This document shows positions 9,201 to 19,042 of a stretch of 64,000 nucleotides of DNA, piece after piece. This DNA is from a virus. The position numbers and the translations under genes were made by a program. The notes under the pieces are model-generated. The model saw nothing but the letters and a program-made list of their open reading frames with translations. It did no database searches and was not told where the DNA came from. The DNA is taken from positions 4,722 through 68,721 of the IMG/VR virus record IMGVR_UViG_3300045988_138952, one strand, 5' to 3'. Within the stretch, counting starts at the first letter, position 1; each line of letters starts with the position of its first letter.

Positions 9201-9491
9201 CTATCCCTCTTTAATCATTTTGGCTTCCAATACTTCGGTAGCGCTCTTGATTGTGACGTTTATGCCATTCGCTATCCCTGCGATACGGAAAATCGTATTG
9301 GACGCACCGTTATATTGGGATGCGTTGGGATAAAGAGGGGCGGGCTCCAAATCATCAATTCCTGCGAAAGCGGTCACATATCCGCCCTTGTTCTTTATCT
9401 GTATGGTAACGGGATTACCGTCACTGACAAACGTTGCGTAATACGCTGTTTTGCCTTCTTCTTGTTGAAATGATAAAACTTCTGCTGCCAT
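9201..9491 (-). CDS. hypothetical protein (96 aa)
   Basis: ORF packed between the endolysin gene and 8991..9197. Confidence 0.6.
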   Translation of the reverse strand: MAAEVLSFQQEEGKTAYYATFVSDGNPVTIQIKNKGGYVTAFAGIDDLEPAPLYPNASQYNGASNTIFRIAGIANGINVTIKSATEVLEAKMIKEG

Positions 9492-9503
9492 GATGTTTAC
9501 TTT

Positions 9504-9908
9504 TTAGAGTTTCAATACTTGGTTTCTGTTTCCTTCTCTTCGGTGACTGACGTGTACCCATGAGAAGTTTTTCTCATCAATAACCTGGTCAAAGGGAAGT
9601 TTCAATTCTTGTATAAGATTAAACAGTCTTTTGTTCTCTTTCGGGGTATTTGGAGTACCGACAATATCGGCAGCACATCCGTTCATGTGGTCGCTCGTTT
9701 TAGAGCCGCCTACTGCTTTATTAAGAGCAGGGCAACGGTATCCGCTTGTCACTGTGATAGGTTTTCCGTAAGCCTCTCTTAACGGGTCGAGGACATTGTC
9801 AACCAACGCTTGTGCATTGGGAAGCAGTTCTTGCGGCAATCTGTTATCTATAGCTTTCTTATCAGCCGTTTCGCTTTTAACCAGTTCTGCAATTGTAAAG
9901 TATCTCAT
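9504..9908 (-). CDS. endolysin, peptidase M15 family (D-Ala-D-Ala carboxypeptidase / L-Ala-D-Glu peptidase type)
   Basis: Motifs VTSGYRCPALNKAVGGSKTSDHMNGCAADI and SWVHVSHR are Zn-ligand H..D..H type. I chose the start at 9908, 1 nt after the stop of the upstream TM gene. Confidence 0.85.
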   Translation of the reverse strand: MRYFTIAELVKSETADKKAIDNRLPQELLPNAQALVDNVLDPLREAYGKPITVTSGYRCPALNKAVGGSKTSDHMNGCAADIVGTPNTPKENKRLFNLIQELKLPFDQVIDEKNFSWVHVSHRREGNRNQVLKL

Positions 9909-9909
9909 G

Positions 9910-10089
9910 TTATTTCTCTTTTCTAAAATATTTGTCATAAACTAAACGAGCCACCCATCCGGCAACAACACCGACACCGAATGATACAACAGTAGTCAGG
10001 TTCACCCAAAACGGTGTGTAGTGCATGTAAAGCATAACTCCCACGATGATAGCGATAACAATCGCTGCGATAATCAGTTTCTTTTTCAT
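9910..10089 (-). CDS. holin candidate (59 aa, two TM segments, charged C-terminus)
   Basis: My translation: MKKKLIIAAIVIAIIVGVMLYMHYTPFWVNLTTVVSFGVGVVAGWVARLVYDKYFRKEK. It lies immediately upstream of the endolysin and is too short for the ORF track. Confidence 0.6.
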   Translation of the reverse strand: MKKKLIIAAIVIAIIVGVMLYMHYTPFWVNLTTVVSFGVGVVAGWVARLVYDKYFRKEK

Positions 10090-10100
10090 TTTGTTACTCC

Positions 10101-10748
10101 TTATCTTTCATTCAAATTGTGATAAAATTCTAATCTTATATTCGCATAGACCGACTCTACATTCGTGTATGTCCTCCCGTTGTTCGCTCCGTTTTCATTG
10201 TAAATCTCCGCTTCAACGGCTTTGGCAACCTGTTCTATCCATTTCCTTTCCGTGTATTCGGAAAGCCTGTTCCCACGATACGAAAAGCAGTCAAGTTTTG
10301 AATTCCTGTCCTCGTGTATGTTTGTAAGCAATGTACGTATCTTTCTTGCAGTAGCTTCCTTGTCTGATATATGGTTTTCTTCACGCACTTTCTTGATAAT
10401 ACGGCACACCTTCTCAACGGAAAGGTCGAAGAATACATTGCTTAGCGTTTTTATACGCAGCTGCGTTTCGGGCATGAGACTTTCCGATAGCACGTTCAAC
10501 CGCTCGTTCTGCGCGCGGGTTTCTTCCAATAGCTGCCTCATGGTGTCCTTATAGTCTTGGTTTATCTCTTTCTGTGATGTCATAAGCTGGTTTACCATAT
10601 TCATAAACCAACGGAAACACGCCACCATCAACAAGGCTGATAACACAAGGAAAAAACCTGCGGTTATAGCCATCATTCCGAAATCACTAATACCCTTTCC
10701 TGTTTGAAGGGCTGCATTTACAACTTCTGTGTCCATGTTATCGTTCAT
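10101..10748 (-). CDS. single-pass membrane protein with coiled-coil domain (lysis-associated?)
   Basis: TM segment MMAITAGFFLVLSALLMVACF followed by a helical domain. It lies directly upstream of the holin candidate. Confidence 0.65.
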   Translation of the reverse strand: MNDNMDTEVVNAALQTGKGISDFGMMAITAGFFLVLSALLMVACFRWFMNMVNQLMTSQKEINQDYKDTMRQLLEETRAQNERLNVLSESLMPETQLRIKTLSNVFFDLSVEKVCRIIKKVREENHISDKEATARKIRTLLTNIHEDRNSKLDCFSYRGNRLSEYTERKWIEQVAKAVEAEIYNENGANNGRTYTNVESVYANIRLEFYHNLNER

Positions 10749-10834
10749 TTGTCAATTATTCATATCTTTGTGTCTCTTATCAAATAAGCGAACTACTGTC
10801 ATTCCGTTTTGCTCGTGAGAGTAGGACGGGATTT

Positions 10835-11296
10835 TCATATCTTGCCGTAATATCTGAACCATGCGCCCCACTTTCGCTCTTTCAGATAGTTCGGATTATC
10901 CTGGTTGAGTTTGGCTTCCATTTCAAAGGCGCTTGCATAATAGGCATTGGCGTTCACTTTCCCATCACCGATTTGTTTGTCCTTGAACAAATGATATATA
11001 AAACTGATAAACCATTCCACACCGTACATTATATAGTACAAGGTGGGAATAAGAAGCATCCACCACCAGCTCACATACAGAGAAAGGAAAACCGCCGGTA
11101 TCGTAGCAATTTCCATACATTCCTTGAACTGGAGCTGATGAATACGCTCCTCACGTTGTGCCTCAATAGGCAAACTTGCATGTTTGGTAATGATGAAACC
11201 AAAGAACATCATCGTACCGTAGTTCTTGAACAGAATGGCTTTAGCGAGCCAATTCTCATAAAATACTTTTACTCTCATAATCAAAAAAGTAAACAC
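10835..11296 (-). CDS. multi-pass membrane protein (153 aa)
   Basis: Several hydrophobic segments (e.g. IATIPAVFLSLYVSWWWMLLIPTLYYIMYGVEWFISFIY). Confidence 0.6.
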   Translation of the reverse strand: MFTFLIMRVKVFYENWLAKAILFKNYGTMMFFGFIITKHASLPIEAQREERIHQLQFKECMEIATIPAVFLSLYVSWWWMLLIPTLYYIMYGVEWFISFIYHLFKDKQIGDGKVNANAYYASAFEMEAKLNQDNPNYLKERKWGAWFRYYGKI

Positions 11297-11322
11297 TTTG
11301 TTATTTTATTAATATTATTGTT

Positions 11323-11783
11323 TTACGCATTCATTAGAACACAAACCAAACCGAAAATCCCTGTACTATCTGCAATATCAAATACACTATCGCCATTATT
11401 AACGACAGAATCAGTTATTTCTATAACAAAATTATTGGCTACAGACTCCTTTTTTGTAATAGCTCTTATTGGAGTATTATCTTCATTAAAAAGACTAATA
11501 GCAGTAGGTGCTCTAAATGAATACCATTCGATATGTTGTTTTTTTATTTCAGTTCTTACTGAATCTCGATATAAATAAATAGGGATACTACTAAGATTGC
11601 AAATAAGAACAAGTTGTACATTAATTTCTTTATGTACTAAATCATCTGCAAATTTGATATTATCAACAAGTTGTTTAATATCAAATTCTTTGCCAGCAAT
11701 AAGTTGATTTCCAATACGAATACTCGTATTACTTATACCTACTCTTACCCCCCCCCGTTAATATCTTTCGTATCTTTATCCAT
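11323..11783 (-). CDS. poly-G-interrupted gene B: 12-codon leader, G9, then a 141-codon -1 frame
   Basis: ATG at 11783, MDKDTKDINGGG then TAA. The -1 frame opens inside the tract (GGGVRVGISNTSIRIGNQ..) and runs to the stop at 11323 with no early start codon. Confidence 0.6.
11748..11756 (-). repeat. G9 homopolymer tract (C9 on + strand) in gene B
   Basis: Counted directly: ..ctctta CCCCCCCCC gttaatatc.. on the + strand. Confidence 0.95.
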
Positions 11784-11794
11784 ATCAATTGTAT

Positions 11795-12177
11795 TTATTT
11801 CTTTATTACTAAAACTAAATAAGAACCATAACCAGTAAAATTAAATAATACATTATTTGCTTTTGCTGTAATAGTATCATTAGCTTCTCCGTTATCGGCA
11901 TCACCAAAACGAAAATCATATACAATATCTGTATTAGTAGTTATTTTCCAATTGGAATAACTATATAAAAAGGAAATACTATTTGAAGCAACATTAACTG
12001 TATTATTATCTATATTAAAAGATTTAGTTTCTTGCGAATTATTAACTATAATACACGCAGAACCAGGGTCATTAAAGAAACCATCTTCATAATTAACTGT
12101 TACCCCCCCCCTAATATCTCAGTATTACCAATAAACAATCCTGCATTATTAGAACCAACTTTTAAATTACTATCCAT
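11795..12177 (-). CDS. poly-G-interrupted gene A: 25-codon leader, G9, then a 102-codon -1 frame
   Basis: ATG at 12177, MDSNLKVGSNNAGLFIGNTEILGGG then TAA. The -1 frame (GGGVTVNYEDGFFNDPGS..) runs to the stop at 11795 with no internal start codon. Confidence 0.6.
12103..12111 (-). repeat. G9 homopolymer tract (C9 on + strand) in gene A
   Basis: Counted directly: ..ctgtta CCCCCCCCC taatatctc.. on the + strand. Confidence 0.95.
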
Positions 12178-12189
12178 ATCTTTAAGTTT

Positions 12190-13935
12190 TTATTCAATTA
12201 CAGCATACATTGTAGAATTATCTTTAGTACCGATACTATCATATTCAGTTTTAGTACGTTTAACAACTCTTTGTAGATTATCGGAAGTGAGTATATCTTC
12301 TATAGAGGCAGCGCAGTCTTCATCATTGGGCATTAGTTTAAATCCCATACGCTTGGAAACAGGACCGTTATTAATATAATAACTGATATTGCATTGCAAG
12401 TTATATTCTTCAGTTTCAGGGTCGTGAAAAGAGTAAATGCTACTAAGTTCAATACAATTATCTTTGCTATTATAACTGTGAAAATAATACTTGGTGTGGT
12501 TCGCTATAATATCCTGGATTATTTCTTTCAGATTATCAACCGAACCAAAGATGGTGTTTATAAGGTCTATTGCTTCCCTGTCTCTTTCGTTTTTATTGGT
12601 AACAAGATAAGTGCCCACAGAAACGTTAATAACCTTACCATAACCGATATTATTCGCATACTCCTTCGTCGCTATATTCGCCACTATTCCCGCAGGGGTT
12701 TCAGTAGTTGGACTAACACTTTGGTCGCCTGGTGCATATGTATCAGTATGAAGAATAACTTTTGCTTCATGAGAAGCATAAAAGTGGTATTTGCCACCAC
12801 CTCGTACAAAAACATAGCATGTATCAAAGTGGCTCAAATTACCTAAACCCCTCACAGGGTCTATATCTGCATGAACGAAATCTGATAAGTATATAGTAAT
12901 ATTGCTATCACGATTAACGCCCCAAGCATTCGGAGCAAATTCCCAAATTTTACGAGTAGAAAAACCTCTCTCATGTTGAGACCATGACGGTTTTGTACCG
13001 CTATCTAATGATACCAGCACTTCTACTCGTATGTTCATTCTTTCTCCAGCAGCAATCGTAACCGGATACCATGTATTTTCATCCAACCCCGAAGTGTCAA
13101 TCTCTGTAAGCTGCATCATGTAGCCAACACTACGAGCGCTTGAAATACTGTCATCGACATATTTCTTATCAGGAACTTCCGCCCAATCCCCATTCTTACG
13201 ACCGTATGCCTTTCCATCAGTTGGCGCTTCGTCTATGCCGCCAATCTTCCCCTGGCTTACCCATTCACCGTTCACCCATGCGTAGTAATCATAAGGAGCT
13301 TCCGTACCTACAGCCATGAACCCGTCAACTGCCGAACCATCAGGAACAGCGGATTTCAAGGCTTCAAGGGTGGCGTATTCGCCGGCTACACGGAAAGAGC
13401 TTCCCGGCTCGCCCTTGCAATAAATATCCGTCTTGTCGAAACTTTCCGTATTCTTGTTGTACACATAGACATAGTGGTCTTTGCCGATGTATGTCGGATT
13501 GTTGGCAATCTTTTCGGCTTCCTGGGCGGCTACATTAGCGGCTGTGGCTTTTTCTTCGGCATTGGATGCAGCGTTGTTTGCGGATTGGGTAGCCGCTTCT
13601 GCTCCTTCTTTAGCTGCGTTGACATCGGATGCAGCTTGTGCCGCCAGTCCTGCTTTCTCATTGGCGGAATTTGCGGCTGTCTGTGCTGCTGTGGCGTTGC
13701 TTTCTGCTTTAGTAGCGGCTGCATTTGCTTTATCGGCAGCTTCCAAAGCGGGAGCGGCTAACAATTCAAGTGGGGCACGTACAATCTTCGGCATGTCCTT
13801 CCCCTCTACTTCTTGATATGCGGGCAGAGATGTGATACCGTCCAAACTTTCCGCTTCCGGCACATCGCCAACACCTTGTGAACCTTTTTTTAGCTCATCT
13901 TCTATTTCTCGTAAATCCTGTTCTGTCCAAGCCAT
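12190..13935 (-). CDS. tail fibre protein (581 aa)
   Basis: Ala/Asn/Glu-rich coiled-coil stalk (AAATKAESNATAAQTAANSANEKAGLAAQAASDVNAAKEGAEAATQSANN..) followed by a globular C-terminal domain. It lies downstream of the tail-tip gene. Confidence 0.65.
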   Translation of the reverse strand: MAWTEQDLREIEDELKKGSQGVGDVPEAESLDGITSLPAYQEVEGKDMPKIVRAPLELLAAPALEAADKANAAATKAESNATAAQTAANSANEKAGLAAQAASDVNAAKEGAEAATQSANNAASNAEEKATAANVAAQEAEKIANNPTYIGKDHYVYVYNKNTESFDKTDIYCKGEPGSSFRVAGEYATLEALKSAVPDGSAVDGFMAVGTEAPYDYYAWVNGEWVSQGKIGGIDEAPTDGKAYGRKNGDWAEVPDKKYVDDSISSARSVGYMMQLTEIDTSGLDENTWYPVTIAAGERMNIRVEVLVSLDSGTKPSWSQHERGFSTRKIWEFAPNAWGVNRDSNITIYLSDFVHADIDPVRGLGNLSHFDTCYVFVRGGGKYHFYASHEAKVILHTDTYAPGDQSVSPTTETPAGIVANIATKEYANNIGYGKVINVSVGTYLVTNKNERDREAIDLINTIFGSVDNLKEIIQDIIANHTKYYFHSYNSKDNCIELSSIYSFHDPETEEYNLQCNISYYINNGPVSKRMGFKLMPNDEDCAASIEDILTSDNLQRVVKRTKTEYDSIGTKDNSTMYAVIE

Positions 13936-13937
13936 AA

Positions 13938-14234
13938 TTATTCCTGTTTATCGGTTGCTTCTTCCGGTTGATTGTTGATAGCACGATTGAGCGCGTCAAT
14001 GAAGAAAGGTTTGCAAAAAGCATTTGCATGCTCTTGTATCAAGGATACTTCTTCATCGGTATACTCTGTCTCTTCATTGGAGTTGTATATCTTCAAAGCG
14101 AGTGCATGCGATGCGATACCGTTACCGTTCCGGTATAATACATTCGCAAAATTCTCTCTACAATCTATATTTTCACAATGCTTACGGGTAATGTCCGTAG
14201 CAATCAGTAATTGTTTAAAATTTATCTTTTTCAT
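13938..14234 (-). CDS. hypothetical protein (98 aa)
   Basis: ORF packed between the tail-tip and fibre genes. Confidence 0.6.
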   Translation of the reverse strand: MKKINFKQLLIATDITRKHCENIDCRENFANVLYRNGNGIASHALALKIYNSNEETEYTDEEVSLIQEHANAFCKPFFIDALNRAINNQPEEATDKQE

Positions 14235-14252
14235 GAGTTATAATTATTAGTA

Positions 14253-17200
14253 TTATCCACAGTAAAAATGAACCCAATAACTGCCGTCAAAAACGAAAAA
14301 GCAGGATATTTGACTGATTGAAGAAGCGTTCGTTGTGCCTCTGTTATTGGAATTCATTAGGTTTCCTTTTACCCAAACATTCCGGTTCAATTGGTTCTTC
14401 AAATATACAATCCGACCCGTAACAGCCGAACTTGGAAGAAACAGGGTAGGGTCAAATCTTATATCCGGTCCTCCATATATGATAATATCATCGGTATCAC
14501 TGACTGTATAGCTCGGTGGGGCAGACATTATACTGCTGCCTAAATTGCGGACGCCCGCAGCAAATCCGGAAGCCTGCAATCTGTTTATTCTTACCGATTC
14601 ACCGCTCCTGGCATTTAATTCTACATTGCCCAATGCTTCTATCGCACAAGTATCATATCCAGCCTGAGCTATTACTCTTACACCGATTGAATGGTCACCG
14701 TAGGCACTCAGACTAAGTGCCGTAATCCCATCTCCACGAATACCGCACATTACCCCGGAAGAGACATTCACTTCAAAAAATTTTCCACCATTCTTGCCTA
14801 TCCTCAATGTCGCAGTCGGATTTTCCTTTTCGTTTTCAAGTCCTCTGTCGGTTATTTTGAATGCACCGATATACCCGCTATCTGCTGTTATATCTCCCGT
14901 AAAAAAGCCATTATGACATTCGATAGAGCCATCTTCGTGTATCTTGATATTTCCATTGGCGGTAATTATACCTTCCAACTTAATATGTTGCGACTTTAAC
15001 GTTATACTTTCCGCCGACACATTAAACAAGGACGAAGCTTTTACTCCATTTTCAAACTCCGCAGCAGCCCAAATCTTGACACCATCCGCAGTGGTTAACC
15101 ATCCCGCGCTTTTGCTTTCAAGATTGGATGTTCTTTTTGCCACAGCTTCAATCTTTTCATTGGTTTGGCTTAGCTGGGTTTCAAACTTTGTTATCATATC
15201 CTCGTAGGCATTATCGGTCAATGCTAACGAATGTATGTATATATCCCCCGTAAACTTCAATTCAAAGTCGCCCGTTCCGTCCCATGTGCCGGAATACTCT
15301 TTCATTCCGTATTCCTCGCCCGGTTCAAGACGTTCAGTGAAATGCAGGTTCTGACCGGGAAATCCTATTGTCAGCGTTCCGGCTGTAGCTACCCTGTACC
15401 GGAAAGAGATAAAGAACTTCTTCGGTTCTTCTCCTTCCTCATAGGTAGGCTTATTGGCTAAGTCCGCATTGGACTGTTTTATTCCGGAAGAAAGAATACG
15501 AAGCACGTTTCTATCCCCGTCTCTGATAATGGCAGCCATAGCATCCTTGCGGGAATAGAACTTGTCGTTAACCAATAAGAACTTCCCGTTTACAGTAAAG
15601 AAACGAACATTGTTCTTTGTCTCCCAACCGTTCGTATTGCTTGCAAATGATGCGTTATACAGATAATTATCCTTTGCCTGCACCTCGTCAAGCACTTTGG
15701 AGATTTCAGAGTAAATCAAATCTTCCAATATCTTGAACTGGGTCATAATGTTTATTCCCGTTTTCAAGATAAAGTCTCCCATGAACTTATTGCCTTGCGG
15801 ACTGATAACCGTCACTTCCTTGCCTGCTAAAGAATAGGAATCTATCCCGGCATACTGATGGATACTCGGTGCATCATCGCCATACACGGACAAGGTGATT
15901 GCGTTCTGACGCTTCTTGTCTGTTCTGTTGCCGAGTTGTACAAGGCTATCGCCTTCCTGCGGTATGTCGCTGTTTGCGTCACAGTCCGTTTTGCTAAGGT
16001 CTATATAATCCTCGCCAACACCGACACATAAGCGCCAATAGTAACGGTTGGATACATTCTCATAGACACCCGGTTTGATATTGAACTCCTGGAAACGTAT
16101 TTGGTCTCCTTCCTTGAACGGGTTTTCAACGGCTGTTTCTTTATCATCAACCAACAGATAGCATCGCCAAAAACCTCCATGTTCTTCTACTTTGCCGCAT
16201 TTCATTCCGGCGGCAGTAAACATGTAGTTTCCGCCTGCATAAGAGAGTTTCTTTATCTCCAGTTCGGAGAACATCGCCTTGATACGCACAAAGAGTTCGT
16301 CCACTTCAATGTAGGATTTACCCGTCTTGCTGTCTACTTTAATGACAAAGCCTTCACCGAGAGCACCGGAAGAAAAGTTCATGGACTGGATGTAGTCTGA
16401 AAACAATCCACCTAAGAACTTTATTAAATAGCTGGTTTGGTCTGGTTTGGTTTTATTCAAAAACAGCTTTTCTCCAAAGGCTTTAATGATTGATTCCACT
16501 TGTTGGGTAGTTAATCCTCCACCGCCTTGCCCGCCTACAATTGAGTCTATCTGATTCTGTATCTTTTCTAAAGTTCCTACCGCTTTGTCATTGCGAAGGG
16601 TAATATCATGCGTTGGGATGAGAGCGTCTCCTTCCTTTATTGTAAGGCTGTCAATAATAATGCTCCCGTTGATGTTTAAGTCTTCATCCTCGAATAACAT
16701 TAAATCACCTTCCTTTATACTGTCATGCAGTTCCGGGTGACGCGCCATAAATATTTCGTCTACTTTAGGCTCGTAAGTATATCTTACATAATCATTTTTT
16801 GCAAGATATTCTTTGGAAGCTGTTAGCAATCTTTGGGAAGCGGCTTTTATATACACATCCGGCATATCAATGCCCAAAAGCACAAATTTATCTCCGGCCT
16901 TGATAGTAAAATCCTTATATGGGAAATAAAGATTCAAACCTTCATCATAGACTCTGTTGCATGTCAAGACCCACATGTCACCTTGTTTTACGGGCTTGTC
17001 TGCATCTCTAAGTATTTCAAATTCACGTCCACCACACATTCCGCCTTTCATGGATATGGTGGGAGTTTCATCGGTAAAGTAATCGTTTATGTCAAATCCA
17101 ATGTCTTTGAGATATATTTTGAACGGTGTGATGGTTTCCCCCTCTTCAAAGTAGCCATCATCCGCGATTGGCGTATTATCCTTATTCACAGAATCGGAAA

Positions 17201-18482
17201 CGATTTCATCCAACGCTCCGGTAGCATTTACGATTATTCCCGCGTCTTTCAACTGCTGTGCCGTCATTCCTTCCATAGACGGATATATTTCCGGCAAAGA
17301 AGTATCGCTCCCGTCAAAGAAAACCGAACCTTCCCGAACTCCGATAATATCTATGTTTTTACTATCAAGGTATGGGTCAAGTGTCTTTTCTGGAAAATCA
17401 GGAAGCATCAAGTTTTTAACAGCCATATTATTGGGGACTAATGCTCCGGAAGGTCTTTTGTACTTTCTTGGAACATTGTCCGTCTCAATGCCTTTTTCTA
17501 TCCGCATCTTTGCGCCTATGCGGACGTTGTCCTTGTCGGCTTCGCTATTCAACAAAACGTAGCATTTCCCAAGAAAGCTACCTCTTCTCATTTTATAAGA
17601 GTGCCCATTAATTGTCACATCATACAATGCTGTGTCGGATAGGAATTTCATATAAAAAGGAAGAGTCACAACAGCGCCGTCTATCAAATGTGTATTAGGG
17701 TCATATCCGTAAGATACATCCTCGATGGGAGCTTCGACAATAGGACTTCCATATGTTGTATAATAGTTGTACGGTAAGTTTTTGGTACCACCATATGCTC
17801 TTAGGCGGGTAATTATCTTCTGTGACGAGTCCGCGGTTTTTTGTATGGAGTACAGCCCTTTTCCCTTTCCATACCCGAACATGTTTCCTACTGCAATTCC
17901 GGCAGTGCCTATTGTTATCGTTCGCCCCCTTATGATAAAGTTTGCCTTAAACTCGCTATTTACTAAAGCGAGTGCGTCCCAAACGTTTATACTGCTTATT
18001 GATATGGATTTGTTAGTCTCATTAACATATTCGGGATGCACCGTAACCGTCCATTTTTGCTCTCCTTTATAGATACGGTCAAGGTTCACCTGTATTCTTT
18101 CTGCGAGAGCATTTATGCTTTCAGCGTAAAAACTGAATGTAGGTAGGGAAGAGTAGTGAATTAAGTTATCCTCTTTTACATAGTCCAGGAATTCGCATCT
18201 TGTCAGTTCATCTGCAAGAGAGTTGAAAACTACGTTCTCATATTTGAAAGCCTCTCCGTATGTATTTTTGGAGGCTTGCTTCAATTCAGTAGGGTCGTAG
18301 TTTATTTCAAATCTTTCTCCGCGATATATCAGATAGTCCCCGACTGTAAAATCAATCGGAGTGGGGGACGTAACGGTAATGTTAACGGAACAAGCTCCCA
18401 TGAACTCTCCGTTATACTCTAACTTGTTAGCGACACATCGTTGCATCCGCCCGTCTTTGCTGTATATTATAAACCGTCCCAT
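14253..18482 (-). CDS. tail-tip / host-specificity protein (Tal-like, 1409 aa)
   Basis: Size and position after the Dit-like gene. The N-terminus (MGRFIIYSKDG..VTVTSPTPIDFTVGDYLIYRGERFEINY) resembles the siphovirus tail-endopeptidase N-domain. Confidence 0.65.
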   Translation of the reverse strand: MGRFIIYSKDGRMQRCVANKLEYNGEFMGACSVNITVTSPTPIDFTVGDYLIYRGERFEINYDPTELKQASKNTYGEAFKYENVVFNSLADELTRCEFLDYVKEDNLIHYSSLPTFSFYAESINALAERIQVNLDRIYKGEQKWTVTVHPEYVNETNKSISISSINVWDALALVNSEFKANFIIRGRTITIGTAGIAVGNMFGYGKGKGLYSIQKTADSSQKIITRLRAYGGTKNLPYNYYTTYGSPIVEAPIEDVSYGYDPNTHLIDGAVVTLPFYMKFLSDTALYDVTINGHSYKMRRGSFLGKCYVLLNSEADKDNVRIGAKMRIEKGIETDNVPRKYKRPSGALVPNNMAVKNLMLPDFPEKTLDPYLDSKNIDIIGVREGSVFFDGSDTSLPEIYPSMEGMTAQQLKDAGIIVNATGALDEIVSDSVNKDNTPIADDGYFEEGETITPFKIYLKDIGFDINDYFTDETPTISMKGGMCGGREFEILRDADKPVKQGDMWVLTCNRVYDEGLNLYFPYKDFTIKAGDKFVLLGIDMPDVYIKAASQRLLTASKEYLAKNDYVRYTYEPKVDEIFMARHPELHDSIKEGDLMLFEDEDLNINGSIIIDSLTIKEGDALIPTHDITLRNDKAVGTLEKIQNQIDSIVGGQGGGGLTTQQVESIIKAFGEKLFLNKTKPDQTSYLIKFLGGLFSDYIQSMNFSSGALGEGFVIKVDSKTGKSYIEVDELFVRIKAMFSELEIKKLSYAGGNYMFTAAGMKCGKVEEHGGFWRCYLLVDDKETAVENPFKEGDQIRFQEFNIKPGVYENVSNRYYWRLCVGVGEDYIDLSKTDCDANSDIPQEGDSLVQLGNRTDKKRQNAITLSVYGDDAPSIHQYAGIDSYSLAGKEVTVISPQGNKFMGDFILKTGINIMTQFKILEDLIYSEISKVLDEVQAKDNYLYNASFASNTNGWETKNNVRFFTVNGKFLLVNDKFYSRKDAMAAIIRDGDRNVLRILSSGIKQSNADLANKPTYEEGEEPKKFFISFRYRVATAGTLTIGFPGQNLHFTERLEPGEEYGMKEYSGTWDGTGDFELKFTGDIYIHSLALTDNAYEDMITKFETQLSQTNEKIEAVAKRTSNLESKSAGWLTTADGVKIWAAAEFENGVKASSLFNVSAESITLKSQHIKLEGIITANGNIKIHEDGSIECHNGFFTGDITADSGYIGAFKITDRGLENEKENPTATLRIGKNGGKFFEVNVSSGVMCGIRGDGITALSLSAYGDHSIGVRVIAQAGYDTCAIEALGNVELNARSGESVRINRLQASGFAAGVRNLGSSIMSAPPSYTVSDTDDIIIYGGPDIRFDPTLFLPSSAVTGRIVYLKNQLNRNVWVKGNLMNSNNRGTTNASSISQISCFFVFDGSYWVHFYCG

Positions 18483-18952
18483 TATGCCGTAAGAATAATT
18501 TGTGTTTTAGGGTCGGTTACCCGAAATGTAATGTTGAAAGTTACGACATCTCCCTCATCCGTCTTGCGGACAAAAAGGTCGGGTTTTATAGATTTAAAAT
18601 AAACCCCCTGTCTGCCTATTTGGGTATAGGTGTCATAAACTTTTAATTCTGTTCCGTAACCGTCTTTTCCTATCAGATAGTCCAGGAAGGCGACAATCTT
18701 TTCATTGGCTGTTCCCATATCACCTTTATAGGCAAACTCTACTTCTATATCATAGGCTTGCACGTAGAGTTCTTCGGGGAAAAAGGTGTCTTCTCCGTCT
18801 TGGTCTATCCAGTCCCTTTTGGGCAAATCCTTAATATCTCCATATACAGTAAAAGGAAAGTCCTTGCACACAATCCCCCATTGGGATTTGGTGTCAATAA
18901 CAGGACTCCCCAGCTTACTTTTCTGAAAATAGATACTGTAAGGCTTTGCCAT
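18482..18952 (-). CDS. distal tail protein (Dit-like)
   Basis: 156-aa ORF whose stop overlaps the start of the Tal-like gene. Assigned by synteny. Confidence 0.5.
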   Translation of the reverse strand: MAKPYSIYFQKSKLGSPVIDTKSQWGIVCKDFPFTVYGDIKDLPKRDWIDQDGEDTFFPEELYVQAYDIEVEFAYKGDMGTANEKIVAFLDYLIGKDGYGTELKVYDTYTQIGRQGVYFKSIKPDLFVRKTDEGDVVTFNITFRVTDPKTQIILTA

Positions 18953-18974
18953 GTGTTATTTTGAGTTTGTGTTG

Positions 18975-19024
18975 TAAAAACAAAAAGAGCCAATCAACGG
19001 CATGCCCGTTAATCAGCTCTTTGG
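18975..19024 (-). terminator. intrinsic terminator upstream of Dit (family shared with 35437..35482)
   Basis: Minus strand reads CAAGCCAAAGAGCTGATTAACGGGCATGCCGTTGATTGGCTCTTTTTGTTTTT: a long hairpin plus a U-run. Confidence 0.7.
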
Positions 19025-19042
19025 CTTGTTATATCAATACTG

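Noticed and set aside
10973-12379. Tracked + strand ORFs 10973..11578 and 12032..12379 across the poly-G gene region.
   Set aside because: They run antisense to the - strand late operon. The - strand frames give protein-like sequences once the G9 shift is allowed.
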